Of a DNA stretch of 64,000 nucleotides, positions 1 to 13,367 are shown piece after piece; position 1 is the stretch's first letter, and every line of letters starts with the position of its first letter. The translations under genes were made by a program, and so were the position numbers. The DNA is from Nymphaea colorata (lineage: Eukaryota). The DNA lies in the NCBI RefSeq assembly GCF_008831285.2, contig NC_045138.2, positions 7,998,001 to 8,062,000 on the forward strand. The letters run 5' to 3'. The notes under the pieces were generated by a model that searched no databases, had not been told where the DNA came from, and worked only from the letters and a program-made list of their open reading frames with translations.

Positions 1-1330
1 AGGGTCAATCAAGGGCATATTTACTTGCTCGAAAGAACGTCATCGACAGGTCTATAGATATCAGGAGTAGTATTTAGCTCATTCAACACATTGAAGGAAG
101 TAAAGACACATTTCAACACTTGACTCACTGACTAAATATCAGCTGGTATGGAAACCTTGATATACTACTCGGTTATGTGATGTATGAACAATGTTGTGTC
201 GCTCTATCTTAACTTTCAACATTTAATGTAGTACATGGATTTGGTAGCAGCCGTACCTCAGGTTGTTGATGTACTGTCACGCTTATTTGTACTGCAGATT
301 TTTTAATTTGATTTTATATTGTTGGAAGGACCTTGGGAGAATAGCTAGCTTTCCAATTGTTATGCTTATACAGCTGGACGAATTGCTGCCAATCAGTGGA
401 AAATTGACGCTATTGATGAGTTGGAAGTTGAAGCAAAGGACCTGCAATAGTTTGTTCTTTGAAAGTTAATATTTCTTTTGATTATCTATGTGCTTCATTG
501 AGTAAAAAACAAAACCAATCCATCCTATGTTTGGCTTTTACTGATATAATCCAGCTGCTGGTTTTGCCACCTATTCACCACTGTGTTGACAACATTACTT
601 TGGGGTTTTGTACTAAGGGAAACAAGAAGGCTTCCACTAATCAATAGGGATTATGTATCCTCTGTTGTAAAAGACTCATGAGACGAACTTGTATGGATAA
701 TATTGGTTATTGGATCATATATTAAACAAACTAGCTACTTTGGTCATCATAATTATGAAATGAAAATTTTAAACGTGTATGTGTATATACAAATGCACAC
801 ACACTCATAGAGATTGAACACATGTTACCTTCACATTTCTGTTAATCAATTGTGTTGCACGAATTGGTATATGTATGAATTCATGTGTATATAATTGCAC
901 CGATGCAAACTAAACTAAATTCGTGGAACACGATTGATTAACTGAACTACTCAAATGTTTCTTAGGTCATCTTTCACCTACCCAATAGAAGTTAGCTAAT
1001 CCATATTTTTTCATAAAAAAATCAATATAAACTAATAGTCATTTGCATTCCAAAAAATCTAAGAGAAAAGCTTCAAAAAAACTGTAGAGAAAGTATCCAA
1101 GAAAAATAATTTAGGATGAAAATGGAGTACCATTATGAAATACATCAACCAAGCAGCACAAACCAATTAATATACAAATATCGGATTCTGCACATACCCA
1201 TAGGGTTTTACAAGGTTTTGTGAATTAACTGCCGACTCTAGAGCTAAAGCATAAAAAAATAAAACACCTGATAAACTTTACGATGGAATAGGCCAGAAAC
1301 GGAAACATGAAGAGAATCACTAGCCCTAAC

Positions 1331-2021
1331 TAGGATGGGCATTGGGCCGGGCTAGGCCGGCCTGATTATCTTCAATTAGGTTCAGGCCTGATTGAACTAA
1401 AACTGGGCCTATTACCTCACACAATGCAGTTGGGTCAGGCCGAGCCCAAGGATTATTGGATGAAGCGCTGACACTATCGGCCCGGTACCGGGCAGGTCCG
1501 ACATTTACTAATATTGTTTTCATAAAACCACCATTCAAGGCAGGTAGGGATAAACCGATAAATGAAACAAGTTGTTCTCCTTTTTATAATGTGCTCATCC
1601 ACCCCATTTCTTCAAAGATATGCGATATAGGCTAAACTTGTGTTGTTCTTTTTTGCATTTTCTATTATTGTTTAAACATTAATGAGTATTTTAATATTTT
1701 TTATGTATATTGTAATTACTTGTGTGGGTTTAAAGGCATAAAACTTGTCGTACTTGTTTACTTCATGTTTTAACACAATACTGTAAAAGGACTTTTAGTC
1801 CTGTATGGAAAAGTTTTTCAAGAGCACCTCGAAAAATGGTTATAAAATGAGAATGGTCGTGCTTAATTTTAGTAAAGAAAAATGAAGTTCCCTTCTACTC
1901 GGGCCCGGCCCATTTTATTTTTGGGCTGGGGCTGGGCTGGGGTCCTTTCAGCCCCTTAGGCAGAGCCATTTTGGGCCAGGAATAGGGTACCCATTGAGTA
2001 TCCAGCTTGATGCCCATCTTA
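1331..2021. mobile_element. Non-autonomous hAT-like MITE with GC-rich GGGCC/GGCCC subterminal motifs
   Basis: TIRs TAGGATGGGCAT (1331) and ATGCCCATCTTA (ends 2021). Flanking near-direct repeat AGCCCTAAC (1322-1330) / AGCCTTAAC (2022-2030). AT-rich non-coding core. Confidence 0.75.
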
Positions 2022-2136
2022 AGCCTTAACATGAGGAAGTCTATGCTCGACAATAGAACTCTAAGTGTATCCAGCTTGACACCCATCCTAAGCCTTAACA
2101 TGAGGAAGTCTATGCTCGACAATAGAACTCTAAGTG
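1998..2136. repeat. 69-bp tandem duplication covering the right TIR and flank of the MITE
   Basis: GTATCCAGCTTGA...AATAGAACTCTAAGT starts at 1998 and again at 2067. Confidence 0.9.
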
Positions 2137-2447
2137 CTAGGATCAGAAGCCACCACAATCTACCATAAAAGACAATAATCACCAAGCTTACGGCCAAACA
2201 ATGATTAACCCTAGAACGATTTAACAAGATAGTTTATTTTAGGGGAATGAGTGGGTGAGAGAAGAACTGATTAGGGTTAAACGTCTATGAATTGTTCATG
2301 TGCTTAGCTAACGAACACGAGATTGAGGAAAAGGGTTTCAAAGAAGAAGTTAGATGAGAATTTACATTCAGAAATTTGTCGTTACTTTGGGCACACACAT
2401 GGGAGAAGTCATCATGGTCCGCCACTGCTTCTCTCCATGCAACCCTT

Positions 2448-2774
2448 TGTCGGATAGTGGCCTTGAGCCTTATATTTACATCTTGTAACTGCAAGAGGCC
2501 CGCTTGCAGTTATGAGATTAAATATGAAAACTGACCAAATCTCTCCAGCTGTAACCGTTGCTGGACATCCGAAAACCCTAGGACGCGGTTTATAAAAGCT
2601 CAGCTACCTATAAGCAAACCTTAAAATCTACAATTATTCTTCTTCTATTTTGAGCTACTGTCTTTTTCCAGTTTTTAGCTGCAGTCTTTGCACATACTGG
2701 AGACAAAGCGTTGTGCAGACTAAGAGATGATTAGAAGATCAAGGGTGTCATTCTGCTGCATTAAGTCTCAGATA
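2448..2774 (+). repeat. 5' LTR of the degenerate Copia
   Basis: Starts TGTCGGATAGT and aligns to 9283-9449 plus 27697-27902. Confidence 0.85.
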
Positions 2775-2775
2775 T

Positions 2776-2786
2776 TGGTATTAGAG
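2776..2786 (+). promoter_or_regulatory. Primer binding site, tRNA-iMet type
   Basis: TGGTATTAGAG just after the LTR; the canonical site is TGGTATCAGAG. Confidence 0.75.
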
Positions 2787-3081
2787 ATACGGTTCTTCTC
2801 TTCGAATCCAAGTAAACCTGTTAAGGCTTATGTGGTGCTGTGACATTTTTTTAGTGATCACTACCTGCCCATGCATGAATATCAATTAGTTTATCATGAT
2901 ATTTTTTAGATCATGCCTATTGAGTATGCAGCATACTAGATAATATTGAAGCATGCTAGTTAGATCAATTGACATTTTTTTCAATTAGATTCTTCATGTT
3001 GTGCTCTGTTTTCTGTATCTGAGTATCAGAGAGACAGAGAACAGGGTCGACCTTCTATCGAAGTTTCTAATTGAACATGAT

Positions 3082-4456
3082 TAGGGGTGGGCATCGGGCC
3101 GGGCCGGGCTGGCTCGGTAAAACCCGGCCCGGGACGGCCCGTTGGGCCTGAAGCCCGGGCCCAGCCGATTACAAAACGGGACGGGCTGGGTACCGGGCCT
3201 GGTTCACCATGTTCGAGGTCCAGCCCGGCCCGTTTTGTTAACTGGTGGGCCGGGCCGGGCCAGGTCGGTTTGGTCCAAAAATAAATAAAAAAAAACGAAA
3301 AAGGACTTCCAAAATCCAACATTGAAGAGAAGATGAGATCTATTGATTACAAAAGTAACAAAAAAGTATGGCAATGCTGATACCAAATAACATAAAGTGC
3401 AGTTATAAAAGATTGAATTACACAAGTAGTATAAGCACAAACAATAGAAAGGACGTTATATAAAAGTTAAAACCAAGAACAAGAAAAACAAAGAAGCAAT
3501 GAAGGCTCCATATCAAAATCAACTTAACTCAAATATGGAATAAATTTAAGCGAGATCAATAATACACATTTTTCCTTTGGCCAGACTACTTCATCAAAAG
3601 CACCAGCATCATCATAAGGAATAATCTCATTGTATGTAATAGAACAGTTTTTGGTCGAATTAACCAACCAAGAATATAAAAAGGGACAACTGCTTAAGAC
3701 AAGAGACAAAAAAACTAATCTCCAAGCAAATAAAAGTAGTAATATTTCTCGCCATCAACAGTTAAACTATCATCAACATTCCATTTTTAAAAGATGATAA
3801 ACTTTCATAATGACAAATACTTTCCAACATAGTTTAAGTTTGACATGAACATTAAGTCTCTGCACAAGATCTTAGACAAAGATGCCACACCCATCTGCAA
3901 TTTAACATGAAGAAGAAATGTTAATAAAAATTAACATGTGCTTGTCAGTATAGATATGCAATTTCAAAAGAAGACAAGGATGGAAGAAGATCAACAAGAA
4001 GAGGCTAAAACCAATCCCAGTCGTCGACCAGCATGAACCTCAGCGTGTACCTTCAAAAGGGCAATAGTGGACCAGCGGTGGAGCGAAGAAAGGGCGATGG
4101 TGGCCCCGTGGTAGAGCGGAGACATTGGCGGTGGCAGACTGGATGGTTATGGACTGTGGACTGTGGAGACGGTGGCAGTAGCCGGTGGCACATGGTCGTC
4201 TTTGTCTCTGCCTCCCTGAGTCGATGGAAAATGTGAATAGGGGAAGGACGGCGCAGCCGGCAGAATCTCTTCACCTAACGGGCCATCGGGCTAGGCCGGG
4301 CTATAATGTGATAACCGGGCCCGACCTGTTAAGATCTCGGGCCGGGTCGGGCGTACTCAAGTTGTGCCCGATAACGAATATGTTCGACCCGGACCCGGCC
4401 CATACCGGGTCGGGTACTGGGTACCCGACGGCGGCCCGGCACGGTGCCCAGGCCTA
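3082..4456. mobile_element. Non-autonomous hAT element (1375 bp) nested in the Copia
   Basis: TIRs TAGGGGTGGGCATCGGGCCGGGCCG and (reverse complement) TAGGCCTGGGCACCGTGCCGGGCCG. Perfect 8-bp TSD AACATGAT at 3074-3081 and 4457-4464. No transposase ORF. Confidence 0.92.
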
Positions 4457-6637
4457 AACATGATCTGTATAAACTTCGACGAGGGGAAGAAATACCCTTG
4501 TCCAAAATTCGTTTGAAGAGTCCGGAAAGAAAGATTAAAATAAAAACAGAATCCTCTTAAGGGTCTGGTTTCAAAGCACGCACTGAGAGGGAGATTACCT
4601 CTACCGGTTGTCCTCTGTCATTATTGATAGACTTCAGGCTGCAAATCTTTTTCTTTTCAGGAGACGGCGCACAGGTCGACCGTGTTAGCTGCTGTTCTTG
4701 TCATCCATTCCTTTTCTTTTGTAGAAGCATCAGAGATCGCCGCTCGAAACTCCAAATGGGTTGCCGGCCTCGCTGTTCCTTTAACGGTGAAAACTCCCAA
4801 CACCCTATTCGGAGGGTTTGATAGCCTCTGTTACATGTCCGACTTCTATTTTCTTCTCTCGCTGAGTCCTGGAGCTCTATGTTTCTAGCCAGCAGCAGTG
4901 TCATCCATCTCTCTCATACTGTAGACCTTCTTCCTCGCGGTGGCTATGGAGAAAGGTCGTGCAGAAGCGGCGAGCAAAAACCCTCGCAGAGGTGCCTCCT
5001 GCTGCTCTGTTGCTCTACTCGGCCTTGCCGGAAGCATCAAGCGCCGCTTCTCGCCTGAACATACGCTGGCTGTCGCTGGACTAATCCAGGCAGATCTCTC
5101 ACGAGAGGAGAGAGGAGCTCCCGGGAGGAGAGAGAAAAACCAGAGTGAAATGAAGAAAAAATCGAGCGCAAGGGGTTTTCATACTCAAAGTTTGAAATTT
5201 ACAAAATCAGTCCACCATTTCTGCATTATTTTCCGAAAAGCTATTATTGTTTTCATAAATTATTGCCACAATGTTTTTGCTCAAAACGTTTTCAGAAAGA
5301 GGGGTCGTGAATGTTAATTTCAGCAAAAACCGAGGACTTTATTCAAAATTGCATTTTTTTGTATACCTCAGAGTTATTATAAATTGCAGAAAGATGGTTC
5401 TAAAAAATTGTTTTTGCAATTTCGGCTGAAAACAGAGATTTTATGTGTAGCTGCATATAGGTATCAGTCAAGCTTATTAAAATTGCAGAAGAGTTCCAAA
5501 AATAACTTTGAAAATGAGAAGGGAAACTCATAGGTTAAAAATTTAATATTAAGTTTTCATTGTTTTAAGTGATACCTTAGAATTTTATTGGACATCTTCT
5601 GATGTGTTATCCTCTTGCTTTCCATGTATTTTTGTTCTATATTTGCCATAAAATTAATGTAGAAATGACTTCAAGAGTGGGAGCTTCAAAATTGGCCAAA
5701 ACAAAAAATGGTTAGTAGCATATATGTATGCTTATACAATTTTTTTATTTTACGTGTGCTTGTGCATAAAATGATCATTTAAGGTGCTCTCCACAAGAAA
5801 GTCTGTCTTTACTTTTATGTGGTACATTTTCGATAAACTTAGTGAATTTGAATGTGACTAGTAAAATATGTCACTGTGTCTTGCTAAACAGACATCATAG
5901 TATGTTCTTTGGCCTTGACTTGAAGAAAACCGAATCGGTGTTGGGATTTGGATATGTCGATATAAAGAAAGAGGAACACAATAAAATAAAAATAATATGC
6001 AATGTCAATCTCTTTTGCCTTTACTAGAATTCTGGTTATGATTTGAATGTTTTTTGCTGAATCATGCTTTATACTATTTGAAGTTGAATCTGTTTTCTTG
6101 TTCAAATCAATATTGGTTATATTGTGGGTATTATTACATCGGGATCCATGATTGACATGATGTGGATCTCTATAGTTATTTGGTTTTGGATCTGACTATT
6201 ATCCACTTTGCATTTTGGATCTCTACCGGTTGTATGTCCATATTTATTGTATGGTTCATGGTTGGATGGTGTTGAGGTTTGGATCCATGTATGTCGAACC
6301 TTTATATTATTTAAGATCTGAATTTGTTTAGATATTGGTTAAAAATCCATATCGTAGTTATATTGGTTCAAATATACGCTATTATGCATGCTTTATGGAT
6401 ATTCATTGTCAGTTTGGCTCCATCTTGAAGTATGATCAGATTTGACTCCTTGACACCTTTTGTTCAAGATCAAAATCTTGTTTATATTAGATCTAAACAT
6501 ATTATGATATGCATTGATTTTTAGATCTAATGATTTTACCGGCTATACAATTTCTAAGTGAGTAGCACTAGAGTGCTAAAAGATAAATTTCTTTTGCTCC
6601 TTATGAAAGAATACTCCTGAGACAGACTACATTATTG

Positions 6638-8138
6638 TTAGTTCATTACCAAACTGATTCTTAGCCGGTTCATTACCTGACTGCTTATTAACATATTCAG
6701 TCGATCAAACTTGATCATCAAATGAATCGCTATATTCATACTATTGGAATAATTCCATCTCATGCAACAAAGAAAAACAACATATACCCTACTTTTATTT
6801 GGGTATCCCATACACATGTATTTGCAAACCTATTGTTTCATTTTTACATATGCATATCCGCACTTACATTGAATCCAATAGAGTGCTAAAAGATAGCATT
6901 GTGCTCAGCTCATAATATATTTGGATCCAATTTAACTTGTTTGGATCATTGGCTCTAAATACCCGCACTTACATTGCATTCAATATATCATCATGTTTGC
7001 CTTTTGCCTGCAGTTGTAAGGTAACACTTTTAAACAAGATGAAAGACATTTTTAATGAAATATTTTTTTGGATCTATTGTACTATAAGTTCTAGTACATG
7101 AAATTTTATTTGCTCTTATCATAGATGGCTAGTATATATGAACTCAGACGTAAATTGACTTGTTTGGATATGTGAAAAAAAAATTCATATCCTGTTTGCT
7201 TTGGTTCCAATATATGTTATCATATTTGCCTTTGGATATGATCATATTGTAATATTTGGTGCCATGCTAGATCCAAAGATCATTCTAGGGAACTATTGAA
7301 TAAAGCTTTATTTGCTTCTCTTTCTTAAGAAAGTGAATTTGTTTTTAATGCATGCACAAGAGATGTAATATAACACTCTTGAGCTAAAATTCATATTGGC
7401 AAGAATGCATTATTTGAAGCTTTATAGCACTAAAGTGCTAGTGCATGATAACTTGATTTTCTCAAAAGAGAGATGGGTTAGCATTGATCCAAATATGGTT
7501 GTTGAATTGTATTGTATAATATTTCAATGAGGATCATGTGTTTTAAATTCATATTAGTTGTATTGTGGATATTACTAATATAGATCTATGCTAATATAAT
7601 ATGAATCTTCATATTCATGTAGCTTTTGGAATTGGATATAGTTATTGCTTGAGATCTACCTTACATACAACTTTGATTCAGATTTGAATATATATATATT
7701 CGGATATATGGTTAAACATCCATATCCTATTTATATTAGGTTCAAGCATATTATGTCTTTTGTTCATCTGTGGATCAAACTATGTTAGCATGTTATTAAG
7801 CAAGTTCTTGTTTAAAAATGAATTTGATTTTAATATTTGCCATGAGGTGTAAAATAATACTCATGAATATAATGAGATCCACACTAACTAGATCCATATT
7901 GGGATCTTTGGAGATCTATAATGCATGCCTAAAAACGAAACGATATGTTTGCAAAGACATATGTATTAGATACCCAAATAAAAGTAGGGTATATGATGTT
8001 TTCCTTTGTTGCATGAGATGAAATTATTCCAATAGTACAAATATAATGATTCATTTGATGATCAAGTTTGATAGATTGGATATGTTAATAGGCAATCAGG
8101 TAATGAATCGGCTAAGAATCAGTTTGGTAATGAATCAA
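6638..8138. repeat. Long inverted repeat, arms about 6638-6855 and 7921-8138, spacer about 1.07 kb
   Basis: TTCATTACCAAACTGATTCTTAGCCG pairs with CGGCTAAGAATCAGTTTGGTAATGAA. CATATACCCTACTTTTATTTGGGTATC pairs with GATACCCAAATAAAAGTAGGGTATATG. Confidence 0.9.
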
Positions 8139-9282
8139 CTGTAGCTTATTAGTGTTCTCAATGATTATCTTGTGGAATACTTGAATGACGATACTTGAAT
8201 TGTTGTTTTATGCATTCGGTAGTAGAAATACGTGTTGAACTTTATGAAATACTTGACAAATCTGACATGACAGTAAGTGATTTATTTGCTTGTTATAATT
8301 TAAATCTTTAGTCATGAAAATTATTATATCCATAATGAGTTAAATGAAATTCTTTATATGAAAGAGTATATTGATAAAGACTATACAAGATGAAAAGTAT
8401 TTGTATGATATACTATGAATTAAGTGCTCATTCTTTTAAATAGTCATAATAAAGATTAGGTGTATTGTAAATCAAATTGATGACTATGTAAATATTTGAA
8501 AAGTGAGAGCACACTTAAATATAACCTTTGCTTTGTCGGAAAACAAATATGTGTTTTGTCATCTGATTATGTACTGCATGAATGCTTTGGGACTCCTGTT
8601 GTTAAAGGAATTAAGTTACTACGGAAAACAATAAGAGGAAAATATACCATTTACTCTCAATGTTTATTAGTTTGTGTGCTAGACTTGATACAAGCTTCTA
8701 TTTGGCTTGTTAGTATACAGTAAAAAAACTCAAGTTGGCATTGTTTTATGGTAGTTAAATGTTTTCTGATATATTAATGAAACAAAAGATATATTCATAT
8801 AATTGCTAGCATTTTTAACAAAAGGAATTCCTAATGTTTATTAGCCAAGCATGTAGCCCGTATGGGCTAAGAACATCCTGGTTTACCTCTTTGTGAGGTA
8901 GTTGAAAAGTATCTAGGATTGATTTCATTGTTGAACACAAAGAAAATATACATGTATGTTTCAAATGCTTATATGATTGCTAGTATTATTACCAAGAAAA
9001 TTCTTGATGACTTTTATGTAAAGCTTGTGGTCCAAATGGGACTAAGTTTTAACATGTTACGATGAAAATAGTGGTGCATGAAGAAAACCTCGTAATTAAT
9101 GTGAAATATATTGAATACTTTAAAGGCTGCGATGGAAAACCAATGAAAGGAAAACCTCACTACAAACCTTGAACAAAATTCAAGTTATGATGGACAAACC
9201 AATATGAAAAACCACGTAACCAAAGATTAAGGAAACCCACAAACAATGGAAGCAATCAGACAGTCTCATGGCCAACTGGAGA

Positions 9283-9449
9283 TGTCGGATAGTAGCCTTG
9301 AACCCTATATTTACATCTTGTAATTGCAAGATGGCCTACTTACAGTTATGAGATTAAATATGAAAACTGACCAAATCTCTCCAGCTGTAACCATTGCTGG
9401 GCATTGGTAAACCCTAGGAGGCGGTCTATAAAAGCCCAACTAATCTTAT
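9283..9449 (+). repeat. 3' LTR of the degenerate Copia, left part
   Basis: Aligns to about 2448-2605 and stops at the Ogre insertion site. Confidence 0.85.
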
Positions 9450-12400
9450 TGTTAACACCCCAAATTTTTCCACACCAAAATTGAAGCAATGTGAAAATTT
9501 TACAAAAAAAATTGGATAAAATGCAATTGCAAAGCCAATTTTGAATCTAAAGAACAATTTAGATTTGAATCGTGAATTTATCTCGTGAGACGAATCCCAA
9601 TGTAGGATTACGAGTCCAAGCTATGACAAAATTAGGATTTGAAATCCAAATTCAATTACAAATGTCATTTGAAATACAAATTCAATTACAAATGTCATTT
9701 GAAATCCATATCCAATTGCAAAATTTAGATTTTGATTTAAATATAAGAATTGAATCTAATTCATTCTAGAATGCTATGCAGAACCCATAGTGGGCCCCAC
9801 CTAGCCCATGTGGTCAAGAGTCCCCCAGGAGTCATGCACCTCCATTTAAAAAAAAAAAAATATTTTCTCTTAATTAAATGAAAAAATCATTTTCATAATT
9901 GATATCATAACTAGAAACCTAGAAAAAGAAAGACATTTATGCCTCTCTCTATTCCTTAACTAGGTCCTCTTTAAAGAGGGGTCAATCTCCAAAAAACTAG
10001 TCTGGTCTAACCCACTTAATTCAAGTAGGTTCGACCCTAGTGCACCCAAATGTAAAATTCAATATTTCAAACCAAAACTTGATTCAATTGAAATCTATTC
10101 TCAATCCAGTTTTGAACGAAAATATCCTTTTCGAACCAAATTTGATAAAATTTTCAAATTTTATTCAAATTTTAATTGAATTGTCATAATTCAATAACAT
10201 TTAGAGCTTAGTAACTAGGTTTAACCTAAAAAGCTTTATTTAAAAAAAAAAAGAAATAAATAGAACAAACTAAGGCAAAACCCTATGCAAGAGCATTTTT
10301 ATCCAAAATTTTTTGAAAGTTGGTCAGCTAGGTCTGAACCAAGGTTGACCACACCTAGCCCAGCCCACCTACCATGTGTAAATGAGATAAGAATGATTAA
10401 ATAGAGTAATCAAAAACTCATTTAATCCATTTTTCAACTCCCTAAGCCTTGATTAATCTTCCAACGCAAATTAAAGAAGGTGGTTGAACCCTTCTTCTCC
10501 TCTATATAAACCCTCCATTGGCAACCAAGGGGGGGACAGATTTTTGAGTATTGCATCAAGTTGTTTCAGCTAAGGAACTAAGAGGGAGGAAGCCAAGGAG
10601 GAGAAGAAGAATTTGTCCAAACCCCCTTTCCCCTTTCCTCCATTTTCTTCTTCATTTTCCTCTATTGTCTCCATTGATTTTGCTGAGTTAGGGTGCTTAA
10701 GTGAATCATTTGGATTTTCGTGATGAGAAGCTCTCTTTCTCACTGCAAATTCTAGCAAGTAAGCTATTCTTCAGCTTTGCTAAGGTCAAATCTAAGTTTA
10801 GATTCTTGCTTAGGATTGCTTTATTTAAAAAACAGATGAAGAAGAAGATCAAACATCAAGACCGACTGTAAGGTAGTGATTTTAACCAATTTCTCATCCA
10901 TTTTAGCTTCTTGTTAGTGCATTTTAATTTCAGAAATTGGGTTTATTTTCATTTGTTTCATGGTTGAGAATGATGTCCAGCTAGGAAAAACCTACTATTA
11001 AATGTACATGTTAATGCATAATGCATGCATGAGTCGTTTTTTCTAAAAAGATGAACCCATGAATCAAATTTTGAAAAGGACTCTAAGGCAACGTTCCTTT
11101 CAAAACAACCAGCTCAAAAACCATTTTGAACTCCCTACCATGAGAGAATCTTACGGTGAGAGACTAAATTTGCTGCAATATATGTGACGAAAAAGCCTAT
11201 TAAGGATGGATGCATTGTCATGAATGTGATCTACCTTTGCATGGTAAAACTAACGATGGACTAGCATGAGCATTCATGTATCTCTTTCTATTTAAAGTTA
11301 TTTTGTTTCATGTTTTTTTAATTGTTCAAGGGTAGTAGGGGAGATTTGAAACAAGTTTTCAATCTTCCTACGTAAAAGAACTCAGCTATGAATCATCATG
11401 ATTCCTGAGTTATGTGGTTCTTTCATAAAATTTCATTTTGAAGAGTAAGGTTGGTATATATATATATACATGTGCAATCTCTTGTTAAAAATTGTTTTTC
11501 TCTTTTAAAATCAGGTTGGAACACATATTGAAACTGGTTTTTAAGAAAATGGATCATTTTATTGATTTTCATAGTACAAAGCTATGAAATCACTTTCATT
11601 TCATCTTAATATTTGTTTAATTTCAGCAACCCATACATAAGGTGTATGTAAGTTGTTGAAATCAGACCATGTTTTATAAGAATTAGCTTAAGAATGTCAA
11701 ATTTTATATATTTGAGACGCCAATTTCAGCCACAAAGTGGTTATGTTTTGAAGAACAATAAAAAGGTTCTAGCCCTACCTAATCGGCTCTCTAAAAGCCT
11801 TTTAGAAATTTCTGATTTCATTCACCAATTTCCAAACTTACATGTGATTGATTGAGTCTAAAAAACGATGTAAGATCATACTTCAAAAACCCTAATCCTT
11901 GTATCCCTTAAAAAAACAAGATCAAAAGTGTTTTAACAGTTCAAGAAATGAATGGATCTTCTAGGGAAAGAATCTGAAATTTTGTTTGATTTTGGAGAGA
12001 AAGAAAGGTTCTTAAAACTCCATGACATGAATGAGAACATATGGCACATGATTTTTGCCAACTTGGATGTTTAGTTCATATAGAGTAAAACTGAATTTCA
12101 TCATTTTTCAAGAGTCAAACACTCTTAGAATCAATATTTTAATTAATCCATTTAGATCAGAATAAAATTTGATTTTTTTATGACAATTTTGAGGAAAAAA
12201 GACAATATCCACGTTTCTTCTATATTTTAAAGTTTGATTTCATCCTCATTTGCCTAATTCTTAATTTTTTGAGTTTCTCATCCATGACTCCAACTTGTAG
12301 ACTACATCTCTAATTCATGTGCTTAATAATGTGATGAGCACATTTAGAGAAAGTCCTACATTCTAATCAAAATCAATCTTCATGTATAGATTGTATGATG

Positions 12401-13347
12401 TGTGGTTGCAATGAATGGATTTTGAGAGATTGTGAGAGAGTGAAGAATGAAAGTTTATATGAATGGAGTTTGAGAGATTTTGAGAGAGTGAAGAATAAAT
12501 GTTTTATATGAATGGACTTTGAGAGATTATGAGAGAGAGAAGAATGAATGCCTCATATAGTTTCTCTTTCTATTCCAAGCATTCACTTTCACTTTAAATC
12601 AATAGCACCACATGCACATTCTCAAGAAATTAAGTGATTCAGATTTGAGTTTCAAAAAATGACCAAGTCATGTTGCATCAATAATTTGTAAACTCCACTT
12701 AACTTTCAAAGAAAACATAAGTAATGGATTCACAATCTTGGCCAAAATATGTTTAGAAAATAACACGTTTTTTAACAATTTGGAACCTATGTTCCATCAA
12801 AAGAATGAACTCTATCTAACCAAATCACACGATTTGGCAAAAGAAGAATTCAAAATCAATTTTGTTTGCTAAGGAAACTTAGCTTTTTTCCCAAAAGTTG
12901 ATCATAAGACGATCACAATTTCAACTCATGAATCATCTTGAGTTCACAACATAGAACTCAATTTTAATCTTCAAAATCTTCAAGAATTGTGAAATTCAAA
13001 TCAAATGGCACCAAAACAAAGGTTTTTAAATCAACTTGAAAACCCTCCAATCTTCAAATTCATTTTCAAAATAAGTTCAAATCACTTATTGAAAGTGAAT
13101 TTTGGTTCTTGAATCCAAAACCTCAATGCACAAGCATATAGGATTTGCATCAATAACTCATACATAATCCAAATGATCCTTAGCTCTTGGTCCAATTACC
13201 CCTGTTAAAGGTGGCAGGAACGGTTGGACCTCGTACCGATGGGTGGATCCCTTTCTCTTAAAAATCTTTCCTCAAAACCCTCAATTTTAAAAGAATTTTT
13301 CTAATTCATATTTCGACGCCCTTTGAGAAAGGGGTGAGATGCGAACA
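9450..13347 (+). repeat. Ogre 5' LTR (3898 bp)
   Basis: TGTTAACACCCC...GCGAACA. TATA box TCTATATAAA at 10501. Internal 30-bp and 49-bp tandem arrays. Confidence 0.95.
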
Positions 13348-13349
13348 GA

Positions 13350-13367
13350 TGGCACAACCAGTGGGAC
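13350..13367 (+). promoter_or_regulatory. Primer binding site, tRNA-Arg type typical of Ogre
   Basis: TGGCACAACCAGTGGGAC two bases after the LTR end. Confidence 0.8.

Noticed and set aside
110..165. STLDSLTKYQLVWKP reading resembling a PMD C-terminal motif
   Set aside because: A single short motif surrounded by stops, with no other PMD motif nearby.
3026..4457. Pro/Gly/Arg-rich ORFs
   Set aside because: They are translations of GC-rich hAT subterminal repeats.
4600..5320. GC-rich ORFs as a host gene
   Set aside because: No recognisable domain. The region lies in the Copia 5' internal region and is contiguous with it across the hAT TSD.
9641..9722. 30-bp direct repeats suggesting a CRISPR-like array
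   Set aside because: Head-to-tail with no spacers, inside a plant LTR, and present in all three LTR copies.
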